From contig JBCCHY010000002.1 of NCBI GenBank assembly GCA_039028495.1, positions 1 through 50,682 on the forward strand: DNA of 50,682 nt, written 5' to 3'. Below, one piece after another: positions 18,519 to 27,198 of the stretch. The notes under the pieces were generated by a model. It worked only from the letters and a program-made list of their open reading frames with translations, was not told where the DNA came from and ran no database searches. This stretch comes from Patescibacteria group bacterium (GTDB lineage Bacteria > Patescibacteriota > Saccharimonadia > Saccharimonadales > VXPC01). The translations under genes and the position numbers were made by a program. Position 1 is the first letter of the stretch, and the number at the start of each line of letters is the position of its first letter.

Positions 18519-18568
18519 CTAGAGGGCAAGAAACCCCTACTCCTGGTCCAAGAGCTAGTCCCAATTTC

Positions 18569-20092
18569 TTAAGGATTAAGCAAATAGTAATCATAGCGTA
18601 CTTCTAGAGTGTACGGTGATCCTAATGTACTCGTGGCGGCTTCATCAAGTAGCTGCAAAGTGGCTTCATCAAGCACAAAGCCCGAAGCAGCAGTTACAGG
18701 TACTACGACTGTCTCTTCGCTAATGACTACTTGCCCAATCTGGGCTTCTAACTGATTGCTGTCGAGGATTTGCTGGTAGCTTTGAGTTAGACCCTTGTCT
18801 GGTGAGCTAACTATTTTGTATGTAGGCTGCAAGCTAACGGAAACGACTTCATCTAGGCTGCCAGCTAGGAACTCTTCTGCTTCTACTAGGCTGGTCGGTG
18901 TTAGTACTGCTGATAGGTTGCCGCTGAGAGTAGGCTGCAGAACCCACTGGCCATCATCCTCGGACGCTGTTGTTGCGAGAACGGTCAGTGGATCACTGAG
19001 ACGTAGCATGTATTGCTCCAGAAGTGATTCTAGACTGATTGCGGTGTCGTCACTTTTCTCGTCAGCTTCGTTAGTCACAACAGCAATGGTCTGCACGTTG
19101 AGCTTTAGGCTGACCGGTCTGTTAATATCTGACTCCAGATTTTTGGCTAACCTGTCCTGGTCCTGGATAGTGATGGTTTCGGTGATTGGTAAAAACAAGT
19201 CTGCTTCTACTTCGAGCGTGTTTTTGCCGTCTATTTCCTCTAGGCTGGTCTGGATGTTACGGACACTGCCACTTTCGTTTTTTGCCCGGACGAAACTATC
19301 TAGCTGCGACTGCACTACAGAATATGAAGATGTTTCCAGGGAGTATTTATTAAGCAGCTGGTAGAGAGGCACTGCAGTCAGTAGGAGAGATAGGGCCATT
19401 ATCACAAATGCTTTCGGCGCCATGCGCAGTTTCCTACGCCAGGAGTAGTGTATAAGTATAAAGAATACGCCCGCAATCAGCGTTATAGACAGCGCGTTGG
19501 TGAGCAGCAGCAAGAAGCTACCGCTTACGATTGATGACTCTCCGAGAGCAAGGCTGATCCCTAGCACGCATAGTGGTGGTGTCAAAGACAGGGCGACAGC
19601 CACACCTGCGACTGAGTCCGAGATATTTTTCCGGACAAGCGCTAGTGTTCCAATACCCCCTGCAGTAAGGGCAACGACAGCGTCGAGCAGTGTTGGCTGT
19701 GATCTGGCTATGATTTCTGCGTTGATAACTTTGAGCGGCGAAAGGATTGTTAAAGCGTAGGCGAGGAGCACGCCGATAACTATCGATACGGCCAGGAGTA
19801 TTAGATTGGCCCAGATACGCTTGCGGTTCCCTAGAGATGCACCATCTGCTAGACCAAACATTGGCCAGGTCAGTGGAGAAATGATCATGCTACCGATCAC
19901 GATTGCAGAGGCGTTCATGAGTAGACCCAGTGTAGCTATAATGATGCTTGCAACCAGCAGCATGAAATAGGATGTTGTGGGTCTAGAGAATGATCTGATC
20001 TTAGTCTCAAGCAGCTCCTCACTAATCATGCTACGTTTGGAAAACAAGCGGTTGATTAGTTTTTCGGCCGGGTTTAGACGTCTATAGCCCAT
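18569..20092 (-). CDS. DUF389-family integral membrane protein with a large C-terminal extracytoplasmic domain
   Basis: The N-terminal half has multiple TM helices in the Gly/Ala-rich pattern typical of DUF389 (TIGR00341-like). The C-terminal ~270 aa are soluble. Confidence 0.5.
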   Translation of the reverse strand: MGYRRLNPAEKLINRLFSKRSMISEELLETKIRSFSRPTTSYFMLLVASIIIATLGLLMNASAIVIGSMIISPLTWPMFGLADGASLGNRKRIWANLILLAVSIVIGVLLAYALTILSPLKVINAEIIARSQPTLLDAVVALTAGGIGTLALVRKNISDSVAGVAVALSLTPPLCVLGISLALGESSIVSGSFLLLLTNALSITLIAGVFFILIHYSWRRKLRMAPKAFVIMALSLLLTAVPLYQLLNKYSLETSSYSVVQSQLDSFVRAKNESGSVRNIQTSLEEIDGKNTLEVEADLFLPITETITIQDQDRLAKNLESDINRPVSLKLNVQTIAVVTNEADEKSDDTAISLESLLEQYMLRLSDPLTVLATTASEDDGQWVLQPTLSGNLSAVLTPTSLVEAEEFLAGSLDEVVSVSLQPTYKIVSSPDKGLTQSYQQILDSNQLEAQIGQVVISEETVVVPVTAASGFVLDEATLQLLDEAATSTLGSPYTLEVRYDYYLLNP

Positions 20093-20098
20093 GTTAAA

Positions 20099-20380
20099 TT
20101 ATTTCTTTCTGCGACGACCTGTATGGGATACGTATTTGTTAGCGACAACACCTAAAAATGAGATCGCAATCGCAACGCCAAACAAGATGTAGACAGACGT
20201 GAAGAGTCTGCTGCCATCAGTTGTCGGGGCGAGATCCCCATAGCCGACTGTTGTTAGGGTCACCACTGAGAAGTAGAAGCTCTGTACCCAGCTCCAGTCT
20301 TCTAGTGCATGGTACGTTAGTGTACCTAGCAAAAGCAGCCCAGCAAACGATGTTAGTAGTACCCACGATCGTATGTTCAT
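20099..20380 (-). CDS. Minimal two-TM potassium channel (pore-only, ~93 aa)
   Basis: The selectivity filter TLTTVGYGD is flanked by two TM helices. The start was taken at the internal ATG (MNIRSW), because the upstream part of the listed ORF overlaps the kinase gene. Confidence 0.75.
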   Translation of the reverse strand: MNIRSWVLLTSFAGLLLLGTLTYHALEDWSWVQSFYFSVVTLTTVGYGDLAPTTDGSRLFTSVYILFGVAIAISFLGVVANKYVSHTGRRRKK

Positions 20381-20438
20381 TATGACATCATAGTAACACT
20401 TATGCTTTTTAGTATCCAATGAGCTGCCTAGCCAACGA

Positions 20439-21464
20439 TTAAGACGGAAGTTTAATCGTAAAGGTTGACCCTTTGCCTTTTGCTGATGATACGGATATTT
20501 CGCCTCCCATGGTCGCGACCATCTGGTGAGCAAGAGATAGCCCTAGACCAAAGCCGTCTGTACTCCTAGAGCTATCACCGCGGTAAAATCTCTCGAATAT
20601 GCGTGACTGCTCTTCTTTACTAATCCCCCTACCCTTATCCGTAATGCTGATTGATGCCACTCTAGAGTGTTTTTTGGTGATAATTTGGACGTTTGATTTA
20701 TCGTCACTGTATTTGACAGCATTCTCGATAATGATTACTAGAGTTTCTTGGAGCAGATCTTTATCTGCCTTAGCTGAAAGACCAGTCTTTGGAGCCGAGA
20801 TTTTAATTGATTTTAGTTTTGCTTGAGGCCTAACTGTTTCGATTGCTTTTTTGATTACATCCTGTAGATTGGTGGGTTTGATCGACACGTTAGGCTGACT
20901 ACCTCTGGCTAGTTTTAGCAGGTTATCAGACAATATGCCCATGCGTTTCAGCTCACTCAAGTTACTGCGTAGGATGTCGATGGCCTCTGATTTTTTGAGC
21001 TTAGGGTCGCGCAGGGCTACTTCTATCTCTGTCTGCATTGAGGTTATTGGTGTCCTGAGCTCGTGTGAGGCGTCGGCAGTAAATCTCACTACTGTGCCGT
21101 GGGCCTCTTCAATTGGCTCAAGTGTCCTCTTGGCTAGCAAGTAGCTCAAAAGAACTGATCCTCCGAGGATGACAATATTAACTAGCACTAGCCGTGACTT
21201 AACTCGGTTCTTTGACTCTTCTAGCTCCTCAAGCTGCTCATCTATCCAATCAGTTCGCTCGTCTAGTAGCGCCCGTAGATTGGGTCTCTGGCGGATTATG
21301 TTTATCTGGGTGTTAAAGTTTAACTCCATTTCGCGAACTGACACTTGGTAGAGACCAATACTGAAGATGAGGCTAACAGTCATCAGTATGACTGTATATA
21401 TTAGCGTTAGTCTTGTCAGAGCAGAGCTGACAAGACTAGAAAGGTTTTGTCTGGCCGAAAACAT
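20439..21464 (-). CDS. Sensor histidine kinase (HisKA + HATPase_c), two TM
   Basis: The H-box is FTADASHELRTPIT. The N, G1 and G2 boxes are IIENAVKYS, DKGRGI and GFGLGLS. The start was taken at MFSARQ (21464). Confidence 0.85.
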   Translation of the reverse strand: MFSARQNLSSLVSSALTRLTLIYTVILMTVSLIFSIGLYQVSVREMELNFNTQINIIRQRPNLRALLDERTDWIDEQLEELEESKNRVKSRLVLVNIVILGGSVLLSYLLAKRTLEPIEEAHGTVVRFTADASHELRTPITSMQTEIEVALRDPKLKKSEAIDILRSNLSELKRMGILSDNLLKLARGSQPNVSIKPTNLQDVIKKAIETVRPQAKLKSIKISAPKTGLSAKADKDLLQETLVIIIENAVKYSDDKSNVQIITKKHSRVASISITDKGRGISKEEQSRIFERFYRGDSSRSTDGFGLGLSLAHQMVATMGGEISVSSAKGKGSTFTIKLPS

Positions 21465-22125
21465 AACCAAATCCTCTCTTTGTCTTGATGAGATCGGGCA
21501 GATGTTTGAACGGTTTGTCGATTTTGTTACGCAGATAGCCAACGTAGGCCTCGACAGTATTTGGTAAGATGTCAGCATCGTAATCCCAAACGTGTTGGAT
21601 AATGTGGTCCTTACTCATAACCCGTCCTGGATTGCGGATGAAATACTCTAGTAGAGCGAATTCCTTTTGTGTTAGTTCCACGGTTTGCTCACCCACAAGC
21701 GCAGTGAATGATTCCGTATCAAGGCTGAGATGCTCGTATGACAGCTCGGATTGCAGAGTTTCATTGGGCCGTCTGAGCAGCGCTCTGACTCTGGCGAGAA
21801 GCTCCTCAAAAGCAAATGGTTTGACTAAATAGTCGTCAGCACCTGCGTCTAGCCCGTCTACTCTGTCTGAAACTGTGTCTTTAGCCGTCAAAAAGAGCAC
21901 TGGTGTTTTGATATCCTGCTCGCGAAGTGCTTTTAGTATGCCAGTTCCGTCATAGTCACCCGGCATCATTCGGTCTAGAATTATAAGATCGTACTCCTCT
22001 GTAGTAGCGTATGCATAACCGTCATCGCCGTCGTAGACCGCATCGACAGCATAAGACTCTTGCTCGAGCCCCTTTTTGATAGCATTGGCGATCTTTCGCT
22101 CGTCTTCAACAATCAATATCCGCAT
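21436..22125 (-). CDS. OmpR-family response regulator
   Basis: The receiver domain has MRILIVEDE...DLIILD..MP and a conserved K in the LVKPF context. The C-terminal winged helix has LT.KEFALLEYF and RGFGY. Confidence 0.9.
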   Translation of the reverse strand: MRILIVEDERKIANAIKKGLEQESYAVDAVYDGDDGYAYATTEEYDLIILDRMMPGDYDGTGILKALREQDIKTPVLFLTAKDTVSDRVDGLDAGADDYLVKPFAFEELLARVRALLRRPNETLQSELSYEHLSLDTESFTALVGEQTVELTQKEFALLEYFIRNPGRVMSKDHIIQHVWDYDADILPNTVEAYVGYLRNKIDKPFKHLPDLIKTKRGFGYVFGQTKPF

Positions 22126-22131
22126 AATCTT

Positions 22132-22137
22132 ATTATA
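22132..22137 (-). promoter_or_regulatory. -10 box TATAAT lying 6 nt upstream of the response-regulator ATG
   Basis: The minus strand reads cagTATAATaagattATG, with no SD. Confidence 0.45.
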
Positions 22138-22166
22138 CTGCTACAGCTGAGAATATACTGAAGTTT

Positions 22167-23222
22167 CTATGTCGTCGATGCTTCTCTCACGATACCGTCA
22201 GCTGCTATTTCGAGCATTCGATCTACTACATCACTATGCTTCATGGCACTACTCAAACCTAGCCATCTCCTAGTTACGCCAGGAGCTGGCCATGAGTTAA
22301 TCTCTAAACAGTAGTAATTAGCTCTAGAGGGTTGAAAATCAAATCCCATTAGCAAAGCTAAACTGGGCCCTATGGTCCTGGCGGCCTCAACAGTAGTCTC
22401 TTGCAGGTGCTCTGGTAGTGACTGGTCAGTGATCGAGAGACCGGCCAGTATGTCTTGTTCAAGGGGCGTAGGAGAGTAATCTGATGGCAATATGCCGTTA
22501 ACTTTCAATAGAATTTCACCGCAGTTTGACTCCGAATACGATCTAAACTCTCTTGAACCAAGGTAATATTCACTAGTCGGGTCGGCGAGCAGGGCCCATG
22601 CGTCTGTATCGCTGCTATCTCCAGACGAACTCGTTATTGGGGACGTCTCTGCAAGCATATTGTAGACCACCGCTGCTCCGAGTAGCTCACCTGCGGCTGT
22701 TGCTACGACTCTGATATTTGTCGCGACTTCTGAGACAACTGGCTCGATAAATGGCTGCAGCCTCCAGATACGACCATCAAATGGGTGATTATCAAAGTAT
22801 GCTGCAGCAGTCTGCTTCTGAACATCTGTTTCTAGTAAAAATTTATTGATGCCTCTGTCTTCACGCACACTTTTTAGTACCAGGGCCCCAGCCGAGCTCA
22901 ATAGCTCTCGGTTAACTACGAGCTCGGGCAGTGCGTGGATGCCTTCGATAGCTTCTGCTGCTATATGAGGGTAGGATTGGCCTTCTCGATCTCTGTTTGT
23001 TATAAAGTGCAAGTTCCGCAGACCTAAGGTATCTGGGGTGAGTTCTGACTGAATAAAGTCTATACCCCTAGGGGCTAGAATTTGGCCGATGCGACTATGC
23101 CAAAACATAGCATCCATCATCTCTTGTTTAGCGGTGTCTAAGTCAATCAATCCGTCATAGCAGAGATTGTCTATTAGCCTTAACTTGGAAGGTGTCTCAG
23201 TATCAAAAACAACAGGTCTCAT
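22167..23222 (-). CDS. ATP-grasp-like protein, unknown substrate
   Basis: The C-terminal half reads NIRVVATAAGELLGAAVVY ... LMGFDFQP...YYCLEINSWPAPG, which resembles the ATP-grasp central and C-terminal subdomains. The start was set at ATG 23222 because TGTATAAT occupies the first listed codons. Confidence 0.45.
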   Translation of the reverse strand: MRPVVFDTETPSKLRLIDNLCYDGLIDLDTAKQEMMDAMFWHSRIGQILAPRGIDFIQSELTPDTLGLRNLHFITNRDREGQSYPHIAAEAIEGIHALPELVVNRELLSSAGALVLKSVREDRGINKFLLETDVQKQTAAAYFDNHPFDGRIWRLQPFIEPVVSEVATNIRVVATAAGELLGAAVVYNMLAETSPITSSSGDSSDTDAWALLADPTSEYYLGSREFRSYSESNCGEILLKVNGILPSDYSPTPLEQDILAGLSITDQSLPEHLQETTVEAARTIGPSLALLMGFDFQPSRANYYCLEINSWPAPGVTRRWLGLSSAMKHSDVVDRMLEIAADGIVREASTT

Positions 23223-23228
23223 ATGCAT

Positions 23229-23234
23229 ATTATA
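23229..23234 (-). promoter_or_regulatory. -10 box TATAAT lying 6 nt upstream of ATG 23222
   Basis: The minus strand reads tTGTATAATatgcatATGaga. Confidence 0.4.
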
Positions 23235-23246
23235 CAATGAAACAGT

Positions 23247-23786
23247 TTATAAGTCTATTTCTACTACCTCACAGTTGCCTATATGGGTGGACATTGCTCT
23301 ATATGGGTGGATTTTCTTATGTCTGTAGACAATGGCCTGAAATGTATGAACATGCGCTACTACCAGAATCGTGTCGTTTGCGTGTCTTTGCCTCATCTCT
23401 TCGATAAACGACCAGACCCTATCACCTGATTCTAGTACTGATTCGTGATCTTTGTATTTTGCCTTTAGCTTGTTCCATTTCATGAGTAGCCACATATAGT
23501 ATTGTAGAACTAGTTTGCCGTGCATACCTGTTTGGAACTCGTTTAGTCGTGGGTCTATAACGAGCTTTGTTTTCTTGCCCTGCAGTAATATCTTAGCCGT
23601 TTGCTGAGTACGTACGAGTTCACTGCAGTAGGCAGCATCGAATTTGCGCTCAGAAAGTTCTTTCGATGCTTCTTTGGCTTGTTCTATCCCCTTGTCTGTA
23701 AGGTGACTGGGTGGATCATTGTTCTCATTAAGGCGCATTACTTTATTGTGATCTGAATGTCCATGCCTCACAAAAACTACCTTCAT
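23247..23786 (-). CDS. Histidine phosphatase superfamily (phosphoglycerate-mutase-like) protein
   Basis: It has the N-terminal VFVRHGHSDHN (RHG motif), LTDKGIEQA, and a second His in VVAHVHTF. Confidence 0.75.
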   Translation of the reverse strand: MKVVFVRHGHSDHNKVMRLNENNDPPSHLTDKGIEQAKEASKELSERKFDAAYCSELVRTQQTAKILLQGKKTKLVIDPRLNEFQTGMHGKLVLQYYMWLLMKWNKLKAKYKDHESVLESGDRVWSFIEEMRQRHANDTILVVAHVHTFQAIVYRHKKIHPYRAMSTHIGNCEVVEIDL

Positions 23787-23792
23787 CTAGTA

Positions 23793-23801
23793 ATACTACC
23801 A
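23793..23801 (-). promoter_or_regulatory. Extended -10 TGgTAGTAT lying 6 nt upstream of ATG 23786
   Basis: The minus strand reads TGGTAGTATtactagATG. Confidence 0.4.
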
Positions 23802-23830
23802 GCTGCACAGAGCTACGGCTACCGTTCAAA

Positions 23831-23870
23831 CTGGCGTAAAAACGAGACGATCGTCTCATTTTTACGCCAG
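23831..23870. repeat. 40-nt near-perfect palindrome
   Basis: The sequence is ctggcgtaaaaaCgagacgatcgtctcAtttttacgccag. It forms 12 bp, one C/A mismatch and 5-7 bp around a GATC centre. Confidence 0.8.
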
Positions 23871-23886
23871 TAGAGGTAGCTTAACT

Positions 23887-23914
23887 AAAAACCCCTCACC
23901 TATATGGTGAGGGG
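23887..23914 (-). terminator. Intrinsic terminator for the 23990..24529 gene
   Basis: The stem cccctcacc/ggtgagggg (9 bp) has a 5-nt loop and is followed on the minus strand by TTTTT. Confidence 0.75.
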
Positions 23915-23989
23915 AAAAGGAGTGTGGTTACTCAGCTAGTAGGTTTGGTGGGGATGACCTACTAGCCTTTTGCCGGGGTCTGCGAGATG

Positions 23990-24529
23990 TTATGAGGTCT
24001 CTGCGCTTACCTGGTCAGAGTCTTCGCTGGTTTCTTCTGTTGAGTCATCAGCGTTATCGGAACGGTCAGTATGTTTATGTCCAAACTTCCCTCCCTTACG
24101 ACCAGACCTCTCTGGCTTGATTTCGTCTAAATCAATACCTTGGTCCTCGGCCCAAGTCTCGAAATCTTCACGCATCTGTTCTAGCTCGTCTCGAATCTCT
24201 TCCCTGGATAGGTCAGAATTCTTGAGCTCGTCCTTAGCATCTCTCAGTTCAGAGATCTTAGTCTCTAGAGCTTCGAGTTGCTCCTGCGTTATTACACCTT
24301 CTTGAACTAAGCTTTCCAGATGTTGGCTCTTACGCTCCTGTCTGTCTGCTTTCCGTTCTGCTCGGTGCTCATCGAGCACTTCTTGTACCTCTGAACTGCT
24401 GACATTGAATCTAGCAGCTAATCGATCTGCCAGAGTCTCGCCGTCCGAGTTTGCGCTTACTGCATTGACACCGGCTAGGCCGGCAACACCGACAGTTGCT
24501 ACTGCGGCTGCGAGAAGCATTTTTCGCAT
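23990..24529 (-). CDS. Secreted, highly charged coiled-coil protein, unknown function
   Basis: The signal peptide is MRKMLLAAAVATVGVAGLAGVNAVSA. The body is rich in E/D/R/K with a heptad-like character. An AGAGG SD lies 7 nt upstream of ATG 24529. Confidence 0.6.
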   Translation of the reverse strand: MRKMLLAAAVATVGVAGLAGVNAVSANSDGETLADRLAARFNVSSSEVQEVLDEHRAERKADRQERKSQHLESLVQEGVITQEQLEALETKISELRDAKDELKNSDLSREEIRDELEQMREDFETWAEDQGIDLDEIKPERSGRKGGKFGHKHTDRSDNADDSTEETSEDSDQVSAETS

Positions 24530-24760
24530 ATGTACCTCTTTCTGCACGGGTTACGTGCCTAAGTTATCCCGCTTCTTGATACTGATTTCTCTCTTCGGAT
24601 CAGCCTACCCTCTATTATGACTTTTTGGCTTGGTGACCTGATTTGCTTTCTCGTATCGAAGCTAACAAGAGTCTATACAATCATTCTGAAATGAACCTGA
24701 GAAGGCTCGATAGTAAAGTCCTCTCGTCTATTGAGCACAGTAGTTGAACATTAGGGGGAG

Positions 24761-25399
24761 CTAGTTACTCTCTGGGTCTTGGAAGAAACCATTAACATTT
24801 TCAAACGTACGCCATCTAGATATGAGCGCGTCGGTCTTATCATAAGCTAGATTCCCGTACAGCGATTTTACTTCCAAGCATCTGTCCGCATCCTTAAGTG
24901 TAAAGAAACTATGAGCTGCAGTCCCGTTTTCGCCTACTATGATTCTTTTGTAGGGCTCGAATGGGTAATTTGTAGCATTACCTGGTGTTATCAAATGATT
25001 AGGCCGAGCGGTTGGGTGACCTGCAAAGACTGTACCTGCCATTGACCCGCTAAAGCTGTGACAGTTGTATTCATAATCAGGGGGTATCCGTGGCCCAAGC
25101 GGTATCCCCAGGAAAGATCTAGTGCTAGTGATTCTTTTCGGTAGCTTCCTCCTGGAGCTTTCTACAGCGAACGCGCCAAAGAATCTTAATAATCTGTGGC
25201 CGTACACATCAGGAAGCTCCAACTCAAATTCGGTTATGTCGCTTATTTCGAATGGCTCAACCGTTTTTGATCCTCCGCTATCTAGTATAGTTTGGCCACC
25301 GTTTTCTTGGTTGAAGCCAACTATTCTCAAGTAGTTGTGATCTTGTCGATTACCTGCCCGTGTATGTCTTGATACAACTGTGAGTGCCTCTAGCTTCAT
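24761..25399 (-). CDS. Hypothetical protein with a possible Cys/His hydrolase motif
   Basis: EYNCHSFSG is followed ~50 aa later by GTAAHSFF, which resembles the NlpC/P60-, CHAP- or PPPDE-type Cys...His arrangement. ATG 25399 overlaps the upstream stop (ATGA). Confidence 0.3.
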   Translation of the reverse strand: MKLEALTVVSRHTRAGNRQDHNYLRIVGFNQENGGQTILDSGGSKTVEPFEISDITEFELELPDVYGHRLLRFFGAFAVESSRRKLPKRITSTRSFLGIPLGPRIPPDYEYNCHSFSGSMAGTVFAGHPTARPNHLITPGNATNYPFEPYKRIIVGENGTAAHSFFTLKDADRCLEVKSLYGNLAYDKTDALISRWRTFENVNGFFQDPESN

Positions 25400-25794
25400 G
25401 AGATGTATCCGTATATGCAGAGTGTTGTTATGGCTGTTGATAGTAGATGCCATATAGAATGGTTGATATGGTATTCGCCGATTGATCTTTCATAGTAGTA
25501 CCATGCTAGTAGCGCGAGCACCATCGCTGCCGTAAAGATCGGGAATGAGGTCGTATGACCAAGCATATAGAAGTTAGTCAGTATTAGTAGCCTGGCGCCT
25601 GCTTTATCAATTTTCTGGTAGTTTTGTTCATCGTATAGGTGATAGAGTGTCGATAGAGCCGTGGCAAGAGCAATAACGAGGGCTGCTGCATATAACTTAT
25701 ACTGCAGAGCAGTTACAACTGGAATTAGAAAACTGAGGGTCGATAGCGTTGTATAGACCCTGGCAATTGGCCAAATTTTCAGTGCTTGAACCAT
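25396..25794 (-). CDS. Small integral membrane protein (4 TM), unknown function
   Basis: It is 132 aa, hydrophobic, with conserved-looking His residues (YHLYDEQ, HSIWHLLS). It is translationally coupled to the downstream gene. Confidence 0.5.
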   Translation of the reverse strand: MVQALKIWPIARVYTTLSTLSFLIPVVTALQYKLYAAALVIALATALSTLYHLYDEQNYQKIDKAGARLLILTNFYMLGHTTSFPIFTAAMVLALLAWYYYERSIGEYHINHSIWHLLSTAITTLCIYGYIS

Positions 25795-25800
25795 AACTAT

Positions 25801-25809
25801 ATTATATCA
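25801..25809 (-). promoter_or_regulatory. Extended -10 TGaTATAAT lying 6 nt upstream of ATG 25794
   Basis: The minus strand reads TGATATAATatagttATG. Confidence 0.45.
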
Positions 25810-25841
25810 TATAATATTATAATTGTACAGATTTAGAGAAG

Positions 25842-27065
25842 TTATTTTTCTACAAAGGTAATGGCAAAGCCAGTTGTATTGCTGCGGCCTGTGCGTCCTA
25901 TGCGATGGGTGTAGTCTTCGTAGCTGCCCGGAGTGTCATAGTTGATGACGTGTGTTATGCCATCGACGTCGATACCTCTGGCCGCAACGTCTGTCGCAAC
26001 CAGGATGCTTATCTCGTCTTTTTTAAGCTTGTCTAGGGCGCGTTTACGCTGGTTCTGCGACTTGTCCCCATGGATCGCATCTGATTTGAACCCGCGCTCG
26101 CGTAGGTCCCTGCTCAGGCGATCACTGAATCTTTTTGTATCGCAGAAAATAAGTGTTTTGCCGACCCCTTCGCCTATCAGCAGATCGTGTAGGAGGTCTA
26201 TTTTCTCGTCTTTGTGCCCGTAGTATTGGACATCTTGCTCGACATTGTCGCTCGTGTTCCCTGTTGTAGCCTGTATTTTGATTGGATCGCTCGAGAACTG
26301 ACCTATTAATGATTCAATCTGCGGCTGCATAGTTGCTGAAAAGAATAATGACTGTCTATCGTCTGGGGTGCTTGAGAGTATGGAGCGTATGTCGTTGACA
26401 AAGCCCATATCTAGCATTCGGTCAACTTCGTCCAGTACGGCTATGTCGCTATCATGTAGTTGCAGGCTACCCCGCTCTAGATGGTCCATTATCCTACCTG
26501 GAGTTCCAATTACTAGGTGGTGGTTTCTACTCAGATCTCGCAGCTGTGGCTTGATGTTAACACCGCCAATGAGCAGTGCATCGTATATACCTAGACCTTT
26601 ACTAATGCGGCGCGCTTCTTCTTGTATCTGCTGAGCTAGCTCCCTAGTTGGGGCTATGACGATCGCCTTTTTAGCGCGGTTTGTGAGGAGTTTGTTAATC
26701 GTTGGGATTAAAAACGCCATTGTTTTACCAGTGCCGGTGTTAGCGAGGCCAACTAGGTCTTTGCCAGACATGGCATGCGGAATCGCTTGGTCCTGGATTT
26801 TAGTAGGTTTCTTGATACCGTTTTGTAGCAGGTTGTTCTTTAGGCCCTGGTGGACCTTTAGGTTTTCATAGGAATTGTCGCTGACGTATGTAGTTTGTTG
26901 AAGTGGCTTAGCCTTCTTAACAAACCTCTTGGGGTCTATGTAGGCCTTTTTGGGTCCTTTTTTATTGAAGCTCTGGACTCTGCCATTACGACGAAAGCCG
27001 GAGCTTTGTTTCTTTGCGCCGAACGCACTTCTGTTACCCCGCCTGGGGGCTTGTCTATTTCTCAT
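25842..27065 (-). CDS. DEAD-box ATP-dependent RNA helicase
   Basis: It has a Q-motif context plus motif I ANTGTGKT, PTRELA, motif II DEVD, SAT and HRIGRTGR. The N-terminal tail is basic. Confidence 0.9.
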   Translation of the reverse strand: MRNRQAPRRGNRSAFGAKKQSSGFRRNGRVQSFNKKGPKKAYIDPKRFVKKAKPLQQTTYVSDNSYENLKVHQGLKNNLLQNGIKKPTKIQDQAIPHAMSGKDLVGLANTGTGKTMAFLIPTINKLLTNRAKKAIVIAPTRELAQQIQEEARRISKGLGIYDALLIGGVNIKPQLRDLSRNHHLVIGTPGRIMDHLERGSLQLHDSDIAVLDEVDRMLDMGFVNDIRSILSSTPDDRQSLFFSATMQPQIESLIGQFSSDPIKIQATTGNTSDNVEQDVQYYGHKDEKIDLLHDLLIGEGVGKTLIFCDTKRFSDRLSRDLRERGFKSDAIHGDKSQNQRKRALDKLKKDEISILVATDVAARGIDVDGITHVINYDTPGSYEDYTHRIGRTGRSNTTGFAITFVEK

Positions 27066-27198
27066 ATTATTCTTTCCTGGTTTTTTTGGTATGGAATGCT
27101 TATGTTAAGAAGCTCTTCCAACGAAAACCTGGCTCACCAGTTAAAGAGTTTCTCTTAAGTCGTAGACTACTCTATCATGAATTCAGATATTTACAAGC

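Noticed and set aside
18795-19364. Long antisense ORFs opposite well-supported genes, e.g. 189 aa opposite DUF389, 169 aa at 4748-5257 opposite the aquaporin, 136 aa at 45354-45764 opposite rplL/rplJ, and 121 aa at 48737-49102 opposite rplA
   Set aside because: These are Ser/Ala/Leu-rich shadow ORFs on the strand opposite genes with clear family motifs. They have no independent start signals.
20381-20533. N-terminal extensions of ORF-track entries: K+ channel 20381-20533, kinase 21465-21578, COG0523 33593-33664, rplJ 46228-46278 and the YCII-like protein 45117-45128
   Set aside because: The extensions overlap upstream genes or RBS and promoter elements and add non-homologous residues. Internal ATGs with an SD or a -10 box were preferred.
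23279-23311. 13-bp direct repeat ctatatgggtgga occurring twice, 20 bp apart
   Set aside because: It lies inside the 3' end of the histidine-phosphatase CDS (encoding HPYR / THIG). It is short and most simply explained by chance or local codon repetition.
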